Positions 1 to 12,014 of a DNA stretch of 64,000 bases are shown in pieces. The notes under the pieces are model-generated. The model worked only from the letters and a program-made list of their open reading frames with translations. It ran no database searches and had not been told where the DNA came from. The stretch spans positions 29,202,001 to 29,266,000 of the forward strand of contig CM060732.1 of the NCBI GenBank assembly GCA_030704615.1. The letters are read 5' to 3'. Numbering within the stretch: position 1 is the stretch's first letter; every line of letters begins with the position of its first letter. Source of the stretch: Takakia lepidozioides (lineage: Eukaryota; Plantae; Bryophyta). The translations under genes and the position numbers were made by a program.

Positions 1-594
1 CCGAGGAATAAAGGAGATGGGCATATAAGACAAGGGAGGCTCATCTCCTCTCACTTCCTCTCCACACAACTTTTGTGTACGTGACATTTCATTATTCCAC
101 GACACGTAGTCACTTTGAGAATGAGTCCATCGGTTGGGTGGGGGGTATTTTTTGCCGCGATTTCTGTGAGGTCGTTGCAGAATGCTCCCATAGGCCCTCC
201 TCTGGCTTCCATGATCATTTTATTCTACAAAATTAGCAGATAGAAACTATTCTGACATCTACTCAAACTCGTTTATGGTGAAGGATTTAGAGTTACGTCT
301 TATTAGTAAACCTCGTTTAGTGTTGCTCCGATTGTTGTAGAATGGCCGAGGGCCATGACGATGAGCGTCATGGAAGAGATGACCCCAATGAACATGGACC
401 GCCCCCCGATTATCAGCATCACGTCCATCCGTCAAAGTCAGGTCACGTTAGACCTGACGCTAACGGGATCACCGTCACGTCAGGTTCGGGGAATATTCTA
501 GTAAAAATAGTACCAGGTAAAATACTTCCACTTAAGCAGCCACGTCGCCGACACGGTGGCGGTGGCAAATACATTTTGAAAATTAACAAAATGA

Positions 595-920
595 ACGCGA
601 CCGCCAATTATGGCGGTCACTTTGTAAAAAAGAAATAGCGACCGCTATAATTGCCGGTCGCTCCAATTTTATTTTTTTAAACAGCAAGATTGGCGGTCGC
701 ACAGACGGTCGCTCTAATTTTTAAATTAAAAAAAATAGTGACGGTTATCTTGGCGGTCGCACAATTTTGTAAATATATACAAAACAATCGACCGCAATAT
801 GGCGGTCGGATAATTTTAAAAATATATATTAAAAAAAAAACAAGCGACCGCCAAATGGCGGTCGGATAATTTCAAATATATATATTATAAAAAACAAGCG
901 ACCGCCATTGGGCGATCGCT
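595..920. repeat. Array of about 7 short hairpins (GCGACCGCC-N4-6-GGCGGTCGC-like) separated by A/T tracts; resembles DNA-transposon subterminal repeats
   Basis: gcgaccgccaattatggcggtcac (597), gcgaccgctataattgccggtcgc (638), cgaccgcaatatggcggtcgg (789), gcgaccgccaaatggcggtcgg (844), gcgaccgccattgggcgatcgc (898). Confidence 0.75.
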
Positions 921-947
921 TAATTTTTATTTTTATTTTTATTTTTC

Positions 948-1832
948 CTGAATGTGCCTTAATCAGGGTGGTCTTCTGGTGTGCTATTTGGGATGAATGA
1001 CATCTACAAATAGCTCGGATTACATAACTTATGATTCGTTGTCATGTCCTTCTTCAAGGTGACCAGAAATCGATGCTGGGTAAACGTCAGGTCTTTTGTT
1101 TGCTTGGGTTCATTTGGAAGTTTTCCACCAAAAACAAAATAATAATAATAATATTTTTATTTTATTTTATTTATTTTATCCGGAATGTGCCAGATTAAGG
1201 TGTCATTGACGACAGCTTTAATCTGGGTGGTCTTCTAGTCTGTGCATGACATCTACAAATAGGTCGGACTACATAACTTATGATTCGTTGTCATGTCCTT
1301 CTTCCAGGTGGCCAGAAATCCATGCTGGGTAACGCCAAGTCTTTTGCTTGCAAGTTTTCCACCGAATTGTTTTTTAAAAAATCTGTTTTTTTTTTTTTTT
1401 TTCCCCTTGGAATGTGCTAGATTAAGGTGTCGTTGACGACAGCTTAATCTGGGTGGTCTTCTGGTCTGCTGTTTAGGGTGAATGACATCTACAAATAGCT
1501 CAGACTACATATTTTATGATTCGTTATCATGTCCTTCTTCCAGGTGACCTGAAATCCATGATGGATAAACGCTAGGTCTTTTGCTTGCAAAGTAGGGGTT
1601 GGGTTCATTTGCAAGTTTTCCACCAATTTTTTTTTCATTTAATTTTATTTAATTTTCCAGAATGTGCTAGATTAAGGTGTCATTGACGACAGCTTAATGT
1701 GGGTGTAAGCTATGATTCGTTGTTATTTTCTTCTTCCAGGTGACCAGAAATCTATGTTGGATAAACGCCAAGTCTTTTGCTTGCAAGCAGGGGTTGGGGT
1801 TCATTTGAAAGTTTTCCAAAAATAACAATAAC

Positions 1833-1884
<52 letters not shown>

Positions 1885-1962
1885 CCGTTTTTGTTTTTTT
1901 TTTGTTTTTTTTGTGGAGATTAAGATGGCGTTGATGACAGCTTAATCTGGCTGGTCTTCTGG
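948..1962. repeat. Tandem repeat of about 230-250-bp units (4 full plus 1 partial) carrying a 32-bp hairpin
   Basis: Units share gaatgtgc...gacatctacaaatag...tatgattcgttgtcatgtccttctt...aagttttccacc. Hairpin agattaaggtgtcRttgacgacagcttaatct starts at 1192, 1419, 1669 and 1917. Confidence 0.85.
1822..1882. repeat. (AAT)n microsatellite
   Basis: About 20 AAT/AAC units; explains the poly-Leu in spurious ORF 1694-2083. Confidence 0.95.
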
Positions 1963-1963
1963 G

Positions 1964-2097
1964 TTGGAATTGATTTTGGCGTTTGCAAAAAATACGGAGG
2001 ACAAAATCACCGAAACACCGCCACAGTATCATGATTTTAAGGACGTGTTCGAAAAGAAGAACGTCGACATACTGCCACAACATCGACCCTATGACTG
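1964..2097 (+). pseudogene. Ty3/Gypsy pol fragment (linker preceding RT)
   Basis: PPQYHDFKDVFEKKNVDILPQHRPYDC matches the typical pre-RT motif PxxYxxFxDVF...LPxHRPYD; it breaks off immediately afterwards. Confidence 0.7.
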
Positions 2098-2329
2098 TCG
2101 AAAAACTTCATATGACATTCTAAATCACCTGCCGGCACACCAATACTCTTTGTAAAAAAGAAACATGGAACTCTACGAATGTGCGTGGATTATCGAGGTC
2201 CACTAGTGCAGCCACTAGTCCAACCACTAGGCTGCCACTAGCCACCATTAGTGCAGCCACTAGTCCACCATTAGCCACCACTAATGCAGCCACTAGTCCA
2301 ACCACTAGGCTGCCACTAGTCCATCACAA

Positions 2330-2847
2330 TGATAAGGAAAAAGAAAGATACAAGCACACAAGCTCTCTCAAACTCACATACTTGCACATGAAAACATCAC
2401 TCATATATTAAGTCGAGCCAAGGGCACCCCACGCCATGGGGAATCCACACTACGGCGCCATAGCTAGATGGGCTCAACTCGAGAAAGATGAGTCCACCGC
2501 GATCTGCCGTGAAGATAACAACGCTAGGTGCCCAAACATGTATTGGCCCCTAGATTGACACTTGGGTCAATCCCAAATGTCAATATATAAAAGCTAGTTA
2601 TTTCCTAGCTAACTTCACACTAGTGGTAAAATAACTTGACAGCTGTCGTGTACATACATATCGCTATACAACTACATCGCTGTCCAAAAAACAGATGTGC
2701 ACACCAAACACTAGTCTATCACTAGTCCACCACTAGTGCACCACTAGGCTGCCACTAGACAACCACTAGTGCAGCCACTAGTCCAACCACTAGTCAAATC
2801 ACTAGGCTGCCACTAGCCACCACTAGTGCAGCCACTAGTCCATCACA
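2330..2847 (-). mobile_element. 3' LTR of the Gypsy element (CACTAG-rich)
   Basis: On the minus strand the PPT-like ctaggggggcgat (2860-2848) is followed by TGTGATGG at 2847; putative end ...CTTATCA at 2330. Many ccactag repeats at 2710-2840, duplicated at 2200-2328. Confidence 0.6.
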
Positions 2848-3116
2848 ATCGCCCCCCTAGCTGGCGCTTAGGTCCCTCTAAGTCTAGGTAGCCACAAGAT
2901 GTAATAGTGGCCATAGCTTCACTAAGTCCTCCACCACTGTCCTTATTACACTCAAACTCGATAGATCAAGAGGCCGGGTACAAGAGTTGCCCCATCGTTA
3001 GTCGTCGTTTTGCAACCTGTGAACTTGAGCCTGAGATCTCGGGTATTGACTCCTGTGAGCTTGGCCTCCCATGTCTTGTTAGCTGCCACTTGTCATATCC
3101 ACTGTTACTATCCCAA

Positions 3117-4658
3117 TCAGTGTGGACATAACCAATCTCCATCTGGAACCCTCTCAAGAGGTGGTGTCAAACATCCCATATGCCAACCTTTTGAGCATCG
3201 ATCACACACCAGCATAGTGGCGGCACTACGAGCATGCCCACATAGCATGCAACGCAATCCTGTAGGTACCACTGCAAGGTTGGGATCTATCCTCCCATCC
3301 ACATATGGAAGGTGACATGGCGCACAATTACGCACATGGTCCTTCCATACCATGCCATCTCGACCCTCCAGAATCAACACTCCTGAAGGCAACACCTCCC
3401 TGACCCTCAGAATCACACGTCCTGCTGTGACATCCAAGGTCGTAGGCGCTGTCTGCTGCAGATATCCATAGTCCCCAGGGTGGAAACGCCAAACACCTGG
3501 CCGATATCCCCCTCCACGTATAGTGACATACCTCAATGTGTCTCGGTGTTGGGCAATAGCAAAATTCTCAAAAGCCATAGGCATAACTCTCTTGAACAAC
3601 TCTGCCCGCTGGGCACATGCTTGTGTCCATACATCCGGATCATCAAGGTTGAGGACTACTACAGCCTCCCTGCGAATAGATGCAGGCAAATCCGGCTCTC
3701 GGCCAAAGAGAAGGAAATATGGTGAGAATGAGGCAAGTGATGCTTGGTTGCTAAATCTGTAGCCCATGGCTAACCAAGGTACCTGAAGATCCCAATCTCT
3801 TAGGTGTCCCTTTTGCAAGCCATACTTGCGCAAACCCCTCTTCACCGTCTGCACCACTATCTCTGCCAAGCCATCGGCCTCAGGATGATCCCAGGAAGTG
3901 GTACGGTGGTCTATCAAGGCTTTATCGCACAAAGCCTGAAACTCCCCCAAGAACTCTCTCCCTTGGTCCGTGAGTACCTCAACTGGAGCACCGAATCGGC
4001 TAAGCACACGATCCAGGAATGCATACGCAGCCCCATCACTAGCCTTGTCAGGCAATGGAACCAACTCAATCCACTTGGAGAAGTGCTCCACCATCACCAA
4101 CACATATCTGTGGTGGCGCATCGTCAGTGGCAACGGCCGTGCGAAGTCAAGACTCCACCTGTAGCCCAATCCCATGATGGGTAAAAGATGCAACTGTGGT
4201 GTAGGGGTGTTGAAGGAAGCACGCACCCTGTCACACACCATGCACCTAGCCACGAACTGTTGTACCTCTGTGTGCATACCACGCCACCAATACTGCCCCT
4301 GCAGTAAACTATGAGTGCGTCGCACTCCAAAATGCCCCAACTCCTCACGGGCATGCCGCACTAACCATGCACATTGTGTTGGGTGAGGCACGATCCTCAC
4401 CCGACCATCCTCCCACACTCGAAGCAGGTGTATCCCCTCCCGCTTGAACCTCTTGGCTCGTTGCAGGATCCGATCCCTCTCCTTGGCAGTCACACTAGCT
4501 GCCGTGTCTCCAGTGCGGAGGTAGTCCAACACAACCGAATCCTCATGTATATTTCTGGCACCACCTGGCTCATCACTAGCCTCAGGGTCCTCAGACACTC
4601 CGTCTACAGTCATCCCTGTTGTAGGTCCAATCTGACCTCCCGATGCTAAGATACACAA
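3117..4658 (-). CDS. Gypsy integrase (HHCC zinc domain + rve core) with C-terminal PHD finger; part of a disrupted pol
   Basis: H...GHFG...YWW...CMVC; WSLDF...VEHFSKW...LTDQGREF...GLAE; C-terminal CMLC...VCDRCSKGWHMGCLTPPLERVPDGDWLCPH. Confidence 0.9.
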   Translation of the reverse strand: MCILASGGQIGPTTGMTVDGVSEDPEASDEPGGARNIHEDSVVLDYLRTGDTAASVTAKERDRILQRAKRFKREGIHLLRVWEDGRVRIVPHPTQCAWLVRHAREELGHFGVRRTHSLLQGQYWWRGMHTEVQQFVARCMVCDRVRASFNTPTPQLHLLPIMGLGYRWSLDFARPLPLTMRHHRYVLVMVEHFSKWIELVPLPDKASDGAAYAFLDRVLSRFGAPVEVLTDQGREFLGEFQALCDKALIDHRTTSWDHPEADGLAEIVVQTVKRGLRKYGLQKGHLRDWDLQVPWLAMGYRFSNQASLASFSPYFLLFGREPDLPASIRREAVVVLNLDDPDVWTQACAQRAELFKRVMPMAFENFAIAQHRDTLRYVTIRGGGYRPGVWRFHPGDYGYLQQTAPTTLDVTAGRVILRVREVLPSGVLILEGRDGMVWKDHVRNCAPCHLPYVDGRIDPNLAVVPTGLRCMLCGHARSAATMLVCDRCSKGWHMGCLTPPLERVPDGDWLCPH

Positions 4659-4993
4659 AAAGGCAGATGCATACTATCCCGGCACCATCTCCTCGTCCGT
4701 CTCACCATGCCACCGAGCTCCAGTATCATCCTACTGGCTCGTGCATGGATTGCGACTCAATCCATCCGCATCCCGATTGACCAAACTCAGTCGATGCATC
4801 ACCTGAATATGTCTCTCATGCTCCTCCACCGTAGCACGAGAGGCAAATAATTCTTGTAAGCCCTCAGGAACCGCCGTATACGTCGTCTCTCTCCTCCAGT
4901 GACAATGGGTCCAATGTCAGGCTCCCAATTGTCCTTCGTAACTGCAACCTTCAGTCGAGTAGACTTAGAGGTAGAAGACGCGTCCCGAGGTTT

Positions 4994-5885
4994 CTATGCC
5001 GCAACCTCTTGAGCAATACTCCCTGTCTGCTCAGTCAATGATAAGGCCTCATCCTGCCCCATCATCTCATCCTTGAGGACCTCCTCAACCCGAGAAGAAT
5101 CCCCAACCTCATCCATCACAGCCGCCTTGGCTGCCAACTCCCTCTGAACCTCGAGCACCTTCCACATGTGCCATGGATATCTACACCCCGTGGTCCTCAC
5201 CGGCTCGCCCCCACTCACTGCTTGTACCGTCTCGGTAGGCAGAGAGACCGTCAAGGGGAGTGCACTCCGCACTCTACGTTGCTCAGCCATAGCCAAGCTG
5301 ATAATCCAGGTCAAGCAATTTAGATCCATCGCTTGCCCCAACACTTGACGACGTGATGCCTCAGAAAGAGAAGGCACCGCCGTGGTCCCAGTGGAAAAAC
5401 CCATAGCCCACTGTCGCTCGTCAGCATTAGGCTCCACTAACTGCCGCAACTGAGCATCCCACATGAGGCCAGGTCCACTATCCCGGAAAGCATGCGATCC
5501 TGGGAAGCTGAGCAGTGTAGGTAGTGCTGCTCGTGGTTGACCCACCTTGTTGACCACTGCCAAAGGCGAACGGTCATCGTGTCTCACACGCTGAGACTGC
5601 CTCCCTATGTCCAAAATGCTATCCACTGTGAGATGTGCTGGGCGCTGCACCCCATCAAATGCACACTTAAGCAGTGCGGGTGACATCAAGTTAGTCCACC
5701 ATAACCGTGGACAATGAGCCCGTGACCCCACCGCAGCTGCATCCAGCAACACTACTGACCCAAGCCACGACCGGACTTGATGCACACTGGCCATCACCCT
5801 GGCCCGAGAATCGCCCATTAGTGGCACATTCTCCAAGATGTATGCTAGAGATACAGCCTGATGAAGCTGTAAGTGACGTAACCAT
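4994..5885 (-). pseudogene. C5-cytosine DNA methyltransferase, C-terminal half (motifs VI-X), inside the retrotransposon pol region
   Basis: YILENV (VI), LLDAAAVGSRAHCPRLWW (VIII), EPNADERQWAMGFS (IX), RRQVLGQAMD (X). Motifs I and IV are absent because of truncation at about 5885. Confidence 0.8.
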
Positions 5886-5889
5886 TTAA

Positions 5890-8800
5890 AACGAGGCGGT
5901 TTTAGGGCTACAGTAGTTTAATGGTTGAGTTTCCATCATTAACTTTTAAAAGATATAGCTAATATGTTTGAACAACATTATGCAGCTTTACAACTTACAT
6001 TTTCTCAAATTTATTCACATTTGTGATATATTGACAATAAAAAAAAAGTTTATTGCAAAAATAACTACTAAAAAATCTGTAGATACATCCATGGTAAATG
6101 TAAGTCCCAATAATAATGTGAGTAAAAAACAAACCCTATAAAAGCAGAAAAACCCAAACCCAAATCTAGTACTCGTGATACTCAATATAGAGAAAAATTG
6201 TTAGATACGCCTGGTAATCCATGTATGTGTTGTCATTTAAAAAACAAATTGTTAAACTCACGAAAGGCTTGTTGACTAAATTAGACGAGTATATTTCTAT
6301 TAATATGACAAAAGTACAAAATCAAGAATTATTTCTATGTCAAAGTTGTAAATTGATGCTTCATAAAAAAAAAATCTCCTAAATATATAGTACCTATATA
6401 TAATGTCCAAAAACTAAATGCACTAGAAGAAAGATTAATTGCACCATGTATGGTTTTTGCACATATATATATCAATTGCAAGGTTATGCTCCATATGGTA
6501 TTCGTGGTAGCATAATTAATGTTCCAGCAAATATTAATGATACACAGGCGGTTCTACCTCGCATGCCACGTGATGATGTTACAATTGGATTACTTTTGAA
6601 ACGTCGATTAGAATATAAAAATCCATATTTACCAGGAACTATACGTCCAAATTTTATCATGTTAGCTTTACATGATCTCATAACTATTCCATTATATATG
6701 GAAGCTCATGTTACTATTCGTCCAGAATGGTCTGGTTTATTTGCAATGTCTCGTCAAATAGAACAAAATAATCAAAAACATTTTTTTAATGAAGATAGTT
6801 ATGAGGAAGTTATCGAAAATACTCGAGATAGTTTTGAGGAAGTTACCGAAAATATTACTAGTGATACTTTGGTGGAAAATATTCTCACTTCGGAACAAAT
6901 TCAAGTATTTTAAGATGATCTTTTGACGGTAGCTCCTAGTCAAGATTTCAAACCATTAGGTCTATTTCAAGATATTCATAGCGAAGAATTAAATTTTCCT
7001 AGCTTGTTTTTTGGACATCCTCGATCAAATTGTTCAGCTTTATCTTATCAAGATATTGCACAGTGGGAACTATTGCATAAAGACCATGATTTTGCACGAC
7101 ATATTCTGAATCTTTTTTTTAAAGCTATAAAAGTATTAATTCATGGTGTTACTTGGATTCGTATTCGTAAAGGTAAACTTCATGGTAGACAATTAAAGGC
7201 AGGTGATCTCCTTGAAAAACCAAATTTGGATAAGCTATTGCGCTTAGATCTAGGCTATAGAGATCTAGAACAATTACAAACATCGCCCGATTATTTGGCT
7301 CGTCATCGAAAAGAAGCTTTTGCAATGATTCGACAATTAGGACCCCCTACTTTTTTTGTCACATTCACAAGTGCTGAAAGTAAACGGACACCACTATTAG
7401 AATCCCTTCATTCTCTCAACTATGAAAAATTAGAAATTCCGGATAATATACAAAACTTAGAAACTAAACACATTGCCAAGTTAGTTCGATCCGACCCCGT
7501 TACATGTGCTCGATATTATCATCATCGAATGGGTGCTTTTAGACATCTATGTAAAAAAGATCATACCATTTTTGGACCCCTACGTGATTTTTTCTATGTT
7601 ACGGAATTTCAAAGTAGAGGTGGTGAACATGACCATGGAATGTTGTTGATAGCTAATGCACCCATTTATGGAATAGACCAAAATAAGATAATTGAAGATT
7701 TTGTGAATAAATATATAACATTTGATAGTAATGTTCTTCCACCTAGTCTTCGTGAAGCTCAAATCCATCGACACAAACGGACATGTAGAAAACAAAATCA
7801 AGCTATATGTCGTATTCACCATCCATTGCCCCCAATGATTTGTACTACAATTTTGGAACCTTTCACTGAAGAATTAAACAGAAAGGATTTAAAACATTAT
7901 ACATTGATATCAACTCAAATATTTACTAAGTTAAATAAAATGGATATGGGTATAGATATTTCATTTGATGACTTCCTTTCATTATTACATATTGATGAAA
8001 AAACATATATATGTGCGTTGCGTATTAGATTGCAAAAACCTACTTTATTTTTGAAAATAGCATGTAAAGATATCCGTACTAATGGTATCTACGCTGGCCC
8101 ATTGTGGCAAGCTAATACTGATGCACAATATATTCTCGATCCTTATGCTGTAGCAAGTTATTGTACTTCTTATTTAACTAAGATAGATAAAACTATTACT
8201 AATGAATTTCGTACAATAATAGAAAAATATAAATCAGAACAAATTGACACAAATGTTAGAATCCGTAAGATGGGAAATGTGTGAATGCCCAGCAAATGTC
8301 CGCTCAATTAGTTGCATACGTTGTCTTATCTATACCCACTATATCATGCATCCAGAACTTTTAAATTTCTAAACACATCACCGCCTCAAGAACGGGCATT
8401 TTGTGCTGAAAGCTGATAAAGAATTACGACGACTCTCTCCTGAATCTACGGATATAAAGGGTTCATCTGCTATCGATAAATACATAGATCGCCCAACTAC
8501 ATTAAATCATTTAAGTCTCATTGAATATGTAGCAGATTATACAATGGAAAAAAATAATATAAAGCGTTGTAAAAAATCTCATATCATTAGATATGTGCAT
8601 TACAATGAGCATCGAGACTCTGAAAATTATTATCGAGAACAACTTTTACTTTTTTCATCCATTCATAAAAAATGAAGAATCTCAAAGAGACAACCATAAG
8701 ACTTGGTATAATGCATATGAATCATGAATCAACTATTTTATTAATACGGAATAAATTCATATACAAATTTTCTATAGAAAATACTAATACATCATCTTGG

Positions 8801-11219
8801 AGTATGTTAGAGACAAATGCTCACGAATTAGCCAAAATCAATGATACTAGTATATGGATGAATAACTTTCTTGATGCTGATGTTGATGCAGAATCCATTC
8901 CACAATCATTAATAAGTAGTGCTGGGATAGAACCATATGACATAGCTACTGAATTTCATTTGCGCCCTGAAATTGGTTTATCGACAGTGCCTGATGCGAA
9001 TATTTCTTCTGCGTCTGATAACATTATTTCCACAACGGAGTTTTATGCACAACTATGAAAACTTAATATAGAACAACGTGGAATTTTCGATTATTGTATG
9101 TATAGAAAACATTTGTTTCCCAATAAACCTTTGCACTTGTTTTTAACAGGGGAGGCAGGAACCGGAAAAACATTTACTTTGTTGCTTATTATTCAAGGTT
9201 TATTGAGATTTTACAATAGACATCCACAATCTGACCCCCTTAAACAAAAAGCAATTCTCATGGCATATACTGGAAAGATTGCTTTCAATATACAATCCAT
9301 TCAGGACTAAGCATACCTCTTAATTGCAAAGATTTGCCATCGCTAGGTTCTGAACGATTAGACACATTAGTAAAAAAAATTGATGAACTACAACTTATGG
9401 TATTAGATGAAGTATCTCTTGTAGGTAATAGGATGCTTGCGTTTGCTGATCAACGATTGAGATCAATAAAACGAATTCATAATTCTTACTTTGATAATAT
9501 TAATGTTATTATCATTGGAGATTTCTACCAAGCACCGCTAGTACGAGATTCATGGGTTTTCAAAATGAAAAAATGAAGGTCATGATGCTATAGTACCTGG
9601 TTTTTGGCAAGATTGTATTAAATGTTACGAACTTAATCAAATAATGTGTCAATCAGACAATGAATTCATTATCGATTGCGAATTGCAACCGCAACTCAAT
9701 TTGATGTTGATACTATAAATCGACAATGTTGTCGTCCTGCTCCTAACAATCCAACATTTCTACATTTGTATTATACAAACAAATATATGTTAGTTCATAA
9801 TCACAAAGCATTTGAACAAACTAAAGGAAGTATATATATTTTTGAAGCTGTTGATGAACATAATGATACATGTCCATCCACTTTTAAGCTTTCAGATAAT
9901 GTAGCCAATAGAGCTGGCTTACATACAATCATTCGTGTGAAAGAAGAAATGTTGGTGGAGTTATGTGCAGGCAACTATGCAACACATGATGGTTTAGTAA
10001 ACGGAGCAGACGGTATATTTAAACATACTTCAATGTTAACAGATTCAACGCCTTTAATATGGATACAATTTAATAATCCAACATATGGTGTTGCTACACG
10101 TGCAAAAAATATTCATTTATATAGCTCAACGATAAATAAGTTATGGAGTCCAATTCAACCAATTACAAAAGAAATTCAAATAGGATCCAATACATCACAT
10201 ATAATTACAAGAACACAATTTCATATTCAATTAGCAGCTGCACGAACTATACATCGTTCACAAGGTTTAACTTTAGACTATTTGGTGTTTGATCCAACAT
10301 GAGTACATAAACATGGTTTAAGTTATACAGCTTTGTCTCGAATACGTAAAAAAGAAAATTTGTATCTCCTATCAAATTTACAATTATCAAATTTTCATGT
10401 TGATAATGGTGTGGTAGAAGAAATGCAAAGATTGAAAACAACAGCAAAATGGGAGTTGATCATTCCAACTTTAACCATATATACACAATCACATGTTCTT
10501 ATACAACATTTAAATACTAGATCGTTGTTATTACATAGAGAAGATGTATGTGCAAATCACAACTTACAAGCAGCTCATATTTTATGTTTTAATAAAACAC
10601 ATTTTAATCCAAAAACTTCTGACATAAACTTATTCATAGATACCAAAAAATATTCGCATGTGGCTGTTCATGGTAGCCATGGTACAATGCTATTATATGA
10701 CAAAACAGTATCGTTAACATCGTATGAAATATTTTCATCTTCTGGTGCTGAATATATAATGGCTACTTTCAACCAAAGTACAAGAAGAGCTATCCACATT
10801 ATTGTCATTTACAAACCTCCATCGCTTTCAATACCCACATTTTTATCTTTTTTACAAACAATTGTTGATAAGATGCCAAGTTTTTGCCCCACCATTATCA
10901 TGGATGATTTTAATATTAACATGCTAGAAAACAATTCATCAATGTCAAAGCAACTGTTACAATTTATGAAGACGATTAACATGACACTTCAATTTATGCA
11001 AGCTACTACAATATATGGTTCACAATTGGATCACATTTGGACAAATACACCAAACCAACAATGCATAGCTGGAGTTACATAAGCATATTGGACAGATCAC
11101 AAACCTTAGCTTTCAAGTTGCCTTTTCACGTTGTTAAATATCATCATTCACATTAGTGTTGCATTATATATTTTATATTGGAGGGTGGAGCCATTACGCG
11201 TCAAGCCGCTTGTTCTTGT
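5890..11219 (+). mobile_element. Decayed Helitron with C-terminal AP-endonuclease (Helentron-like)
   Basis: AT-rich block of fragmented ORFs: GYAPYGIRGSIINVP; Rep GPPTFFVTFTSAE, TEFQSRGGEHDHG, YCTSYLTK; PIF1 GEAGTGKT, LDEVSLV, GDFYQAP, GLVNG, ARTIHRSQGLTL; EN IYKPP, DDFN, LDHIW, TDH. Possible 3' end gcgtcaagccgc...cttgt at about 11219. Confidence 0.85.
6200..11100 (+). pseudogene. RepHel-EN polyprotein with many frameshifts and stops
   Basis: Eight consecutive plus-strand ORFs (6446 to 11082) are colinear pieces of one protein. Confidence 0.85.
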
Positions 11220-12014
11220 ATGGAACATTTATATTTTGGGCAGCCTGTAAATTTTCTTAAGCACCATAAGTTTAAATTCCCCATACACATGGCGAGTTTT
11301 CAGTTTGTCTTCGGCAACACCCTCTTGCATAGTACCTCATATAGGGGAGAGTTTGACTGCAATAAACACACAATCTAGAACAGACTTTCCGAAAGACATG
11401 CAGACTTGAACAAATGAATTGAGCTCAAAGTTCTTGTCCTGCAATCTAGTCCTCCCCCAAAAAAGCCAACTGAATGAAGCCTGCCAAGTCACGTGCCAAC
11501 ACTCTATTGTTCTCAAGGAAAAATTTGCGCACGGAGAATTTTCAGTGAATACTTCTCTTGTTACACAAGGTCATCAAATTACAAACATGTCTCTCTGATG
11601 TTTACAAACATCAGTCGTGATGTCAGACAGCACTTTACAGAAAGTCAAATGCGGTTTCTTTTTTTTGGGGGGGGGGAAGGGATCATGTTTTTGAGTATAA
11701 GACAACTTGTACTCAATAGGCCACCAAAATGCTGGAAGATAGGGCGCTCACATACACATAAAACTAGAACACACAAGCAAGTGGATGTGGCGTAAGAGAG
11801 CAGACGAATTGGAAGCCATAATCCCTCCTTGACCAAGTAACCTTCATACTTCCATGGGAGTGGGACTTGCACAACAGAGCGCTCCAACAAAGCCCTTCTA
11901 ATATACTTCTGACGGATAAAAAACCCGCCAGAGACAGATAAAGACACCTAAATCACTGTAGACAGACCATTCCTTTTCCCTCTCTCCCTTTTGGCTGGCT
12001 GCGTCTGCCTGTAG

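Larger units (their letters stand above)
2330..5885 (-). mobile_element. Truncated Ty3/Gypsy LTR retrotransposon: C5-MTase - (RT/RH deleted) - integrase - PHD - PPT - LTR
   Basis: Same-strand, same-composition domains. The RNase H C-terminal motif HRLSLVNRDADGLSRNP (about 4800-4750) directly precedes the integrase. The 5' end is cut by AT-rich Helitron sequence. Confidence 0.8.

Noticed and set aside
342-638. 98-aa ORF as a real gene
   Set aside because: No recognisable motif, and it runs into the hairpin repeat array.
1694-2411. Poly-Leu and Ala/Thr-rich ORFs
   Set aside because: Translations of the AAT microsatellite and CACTAG LTR repeats.
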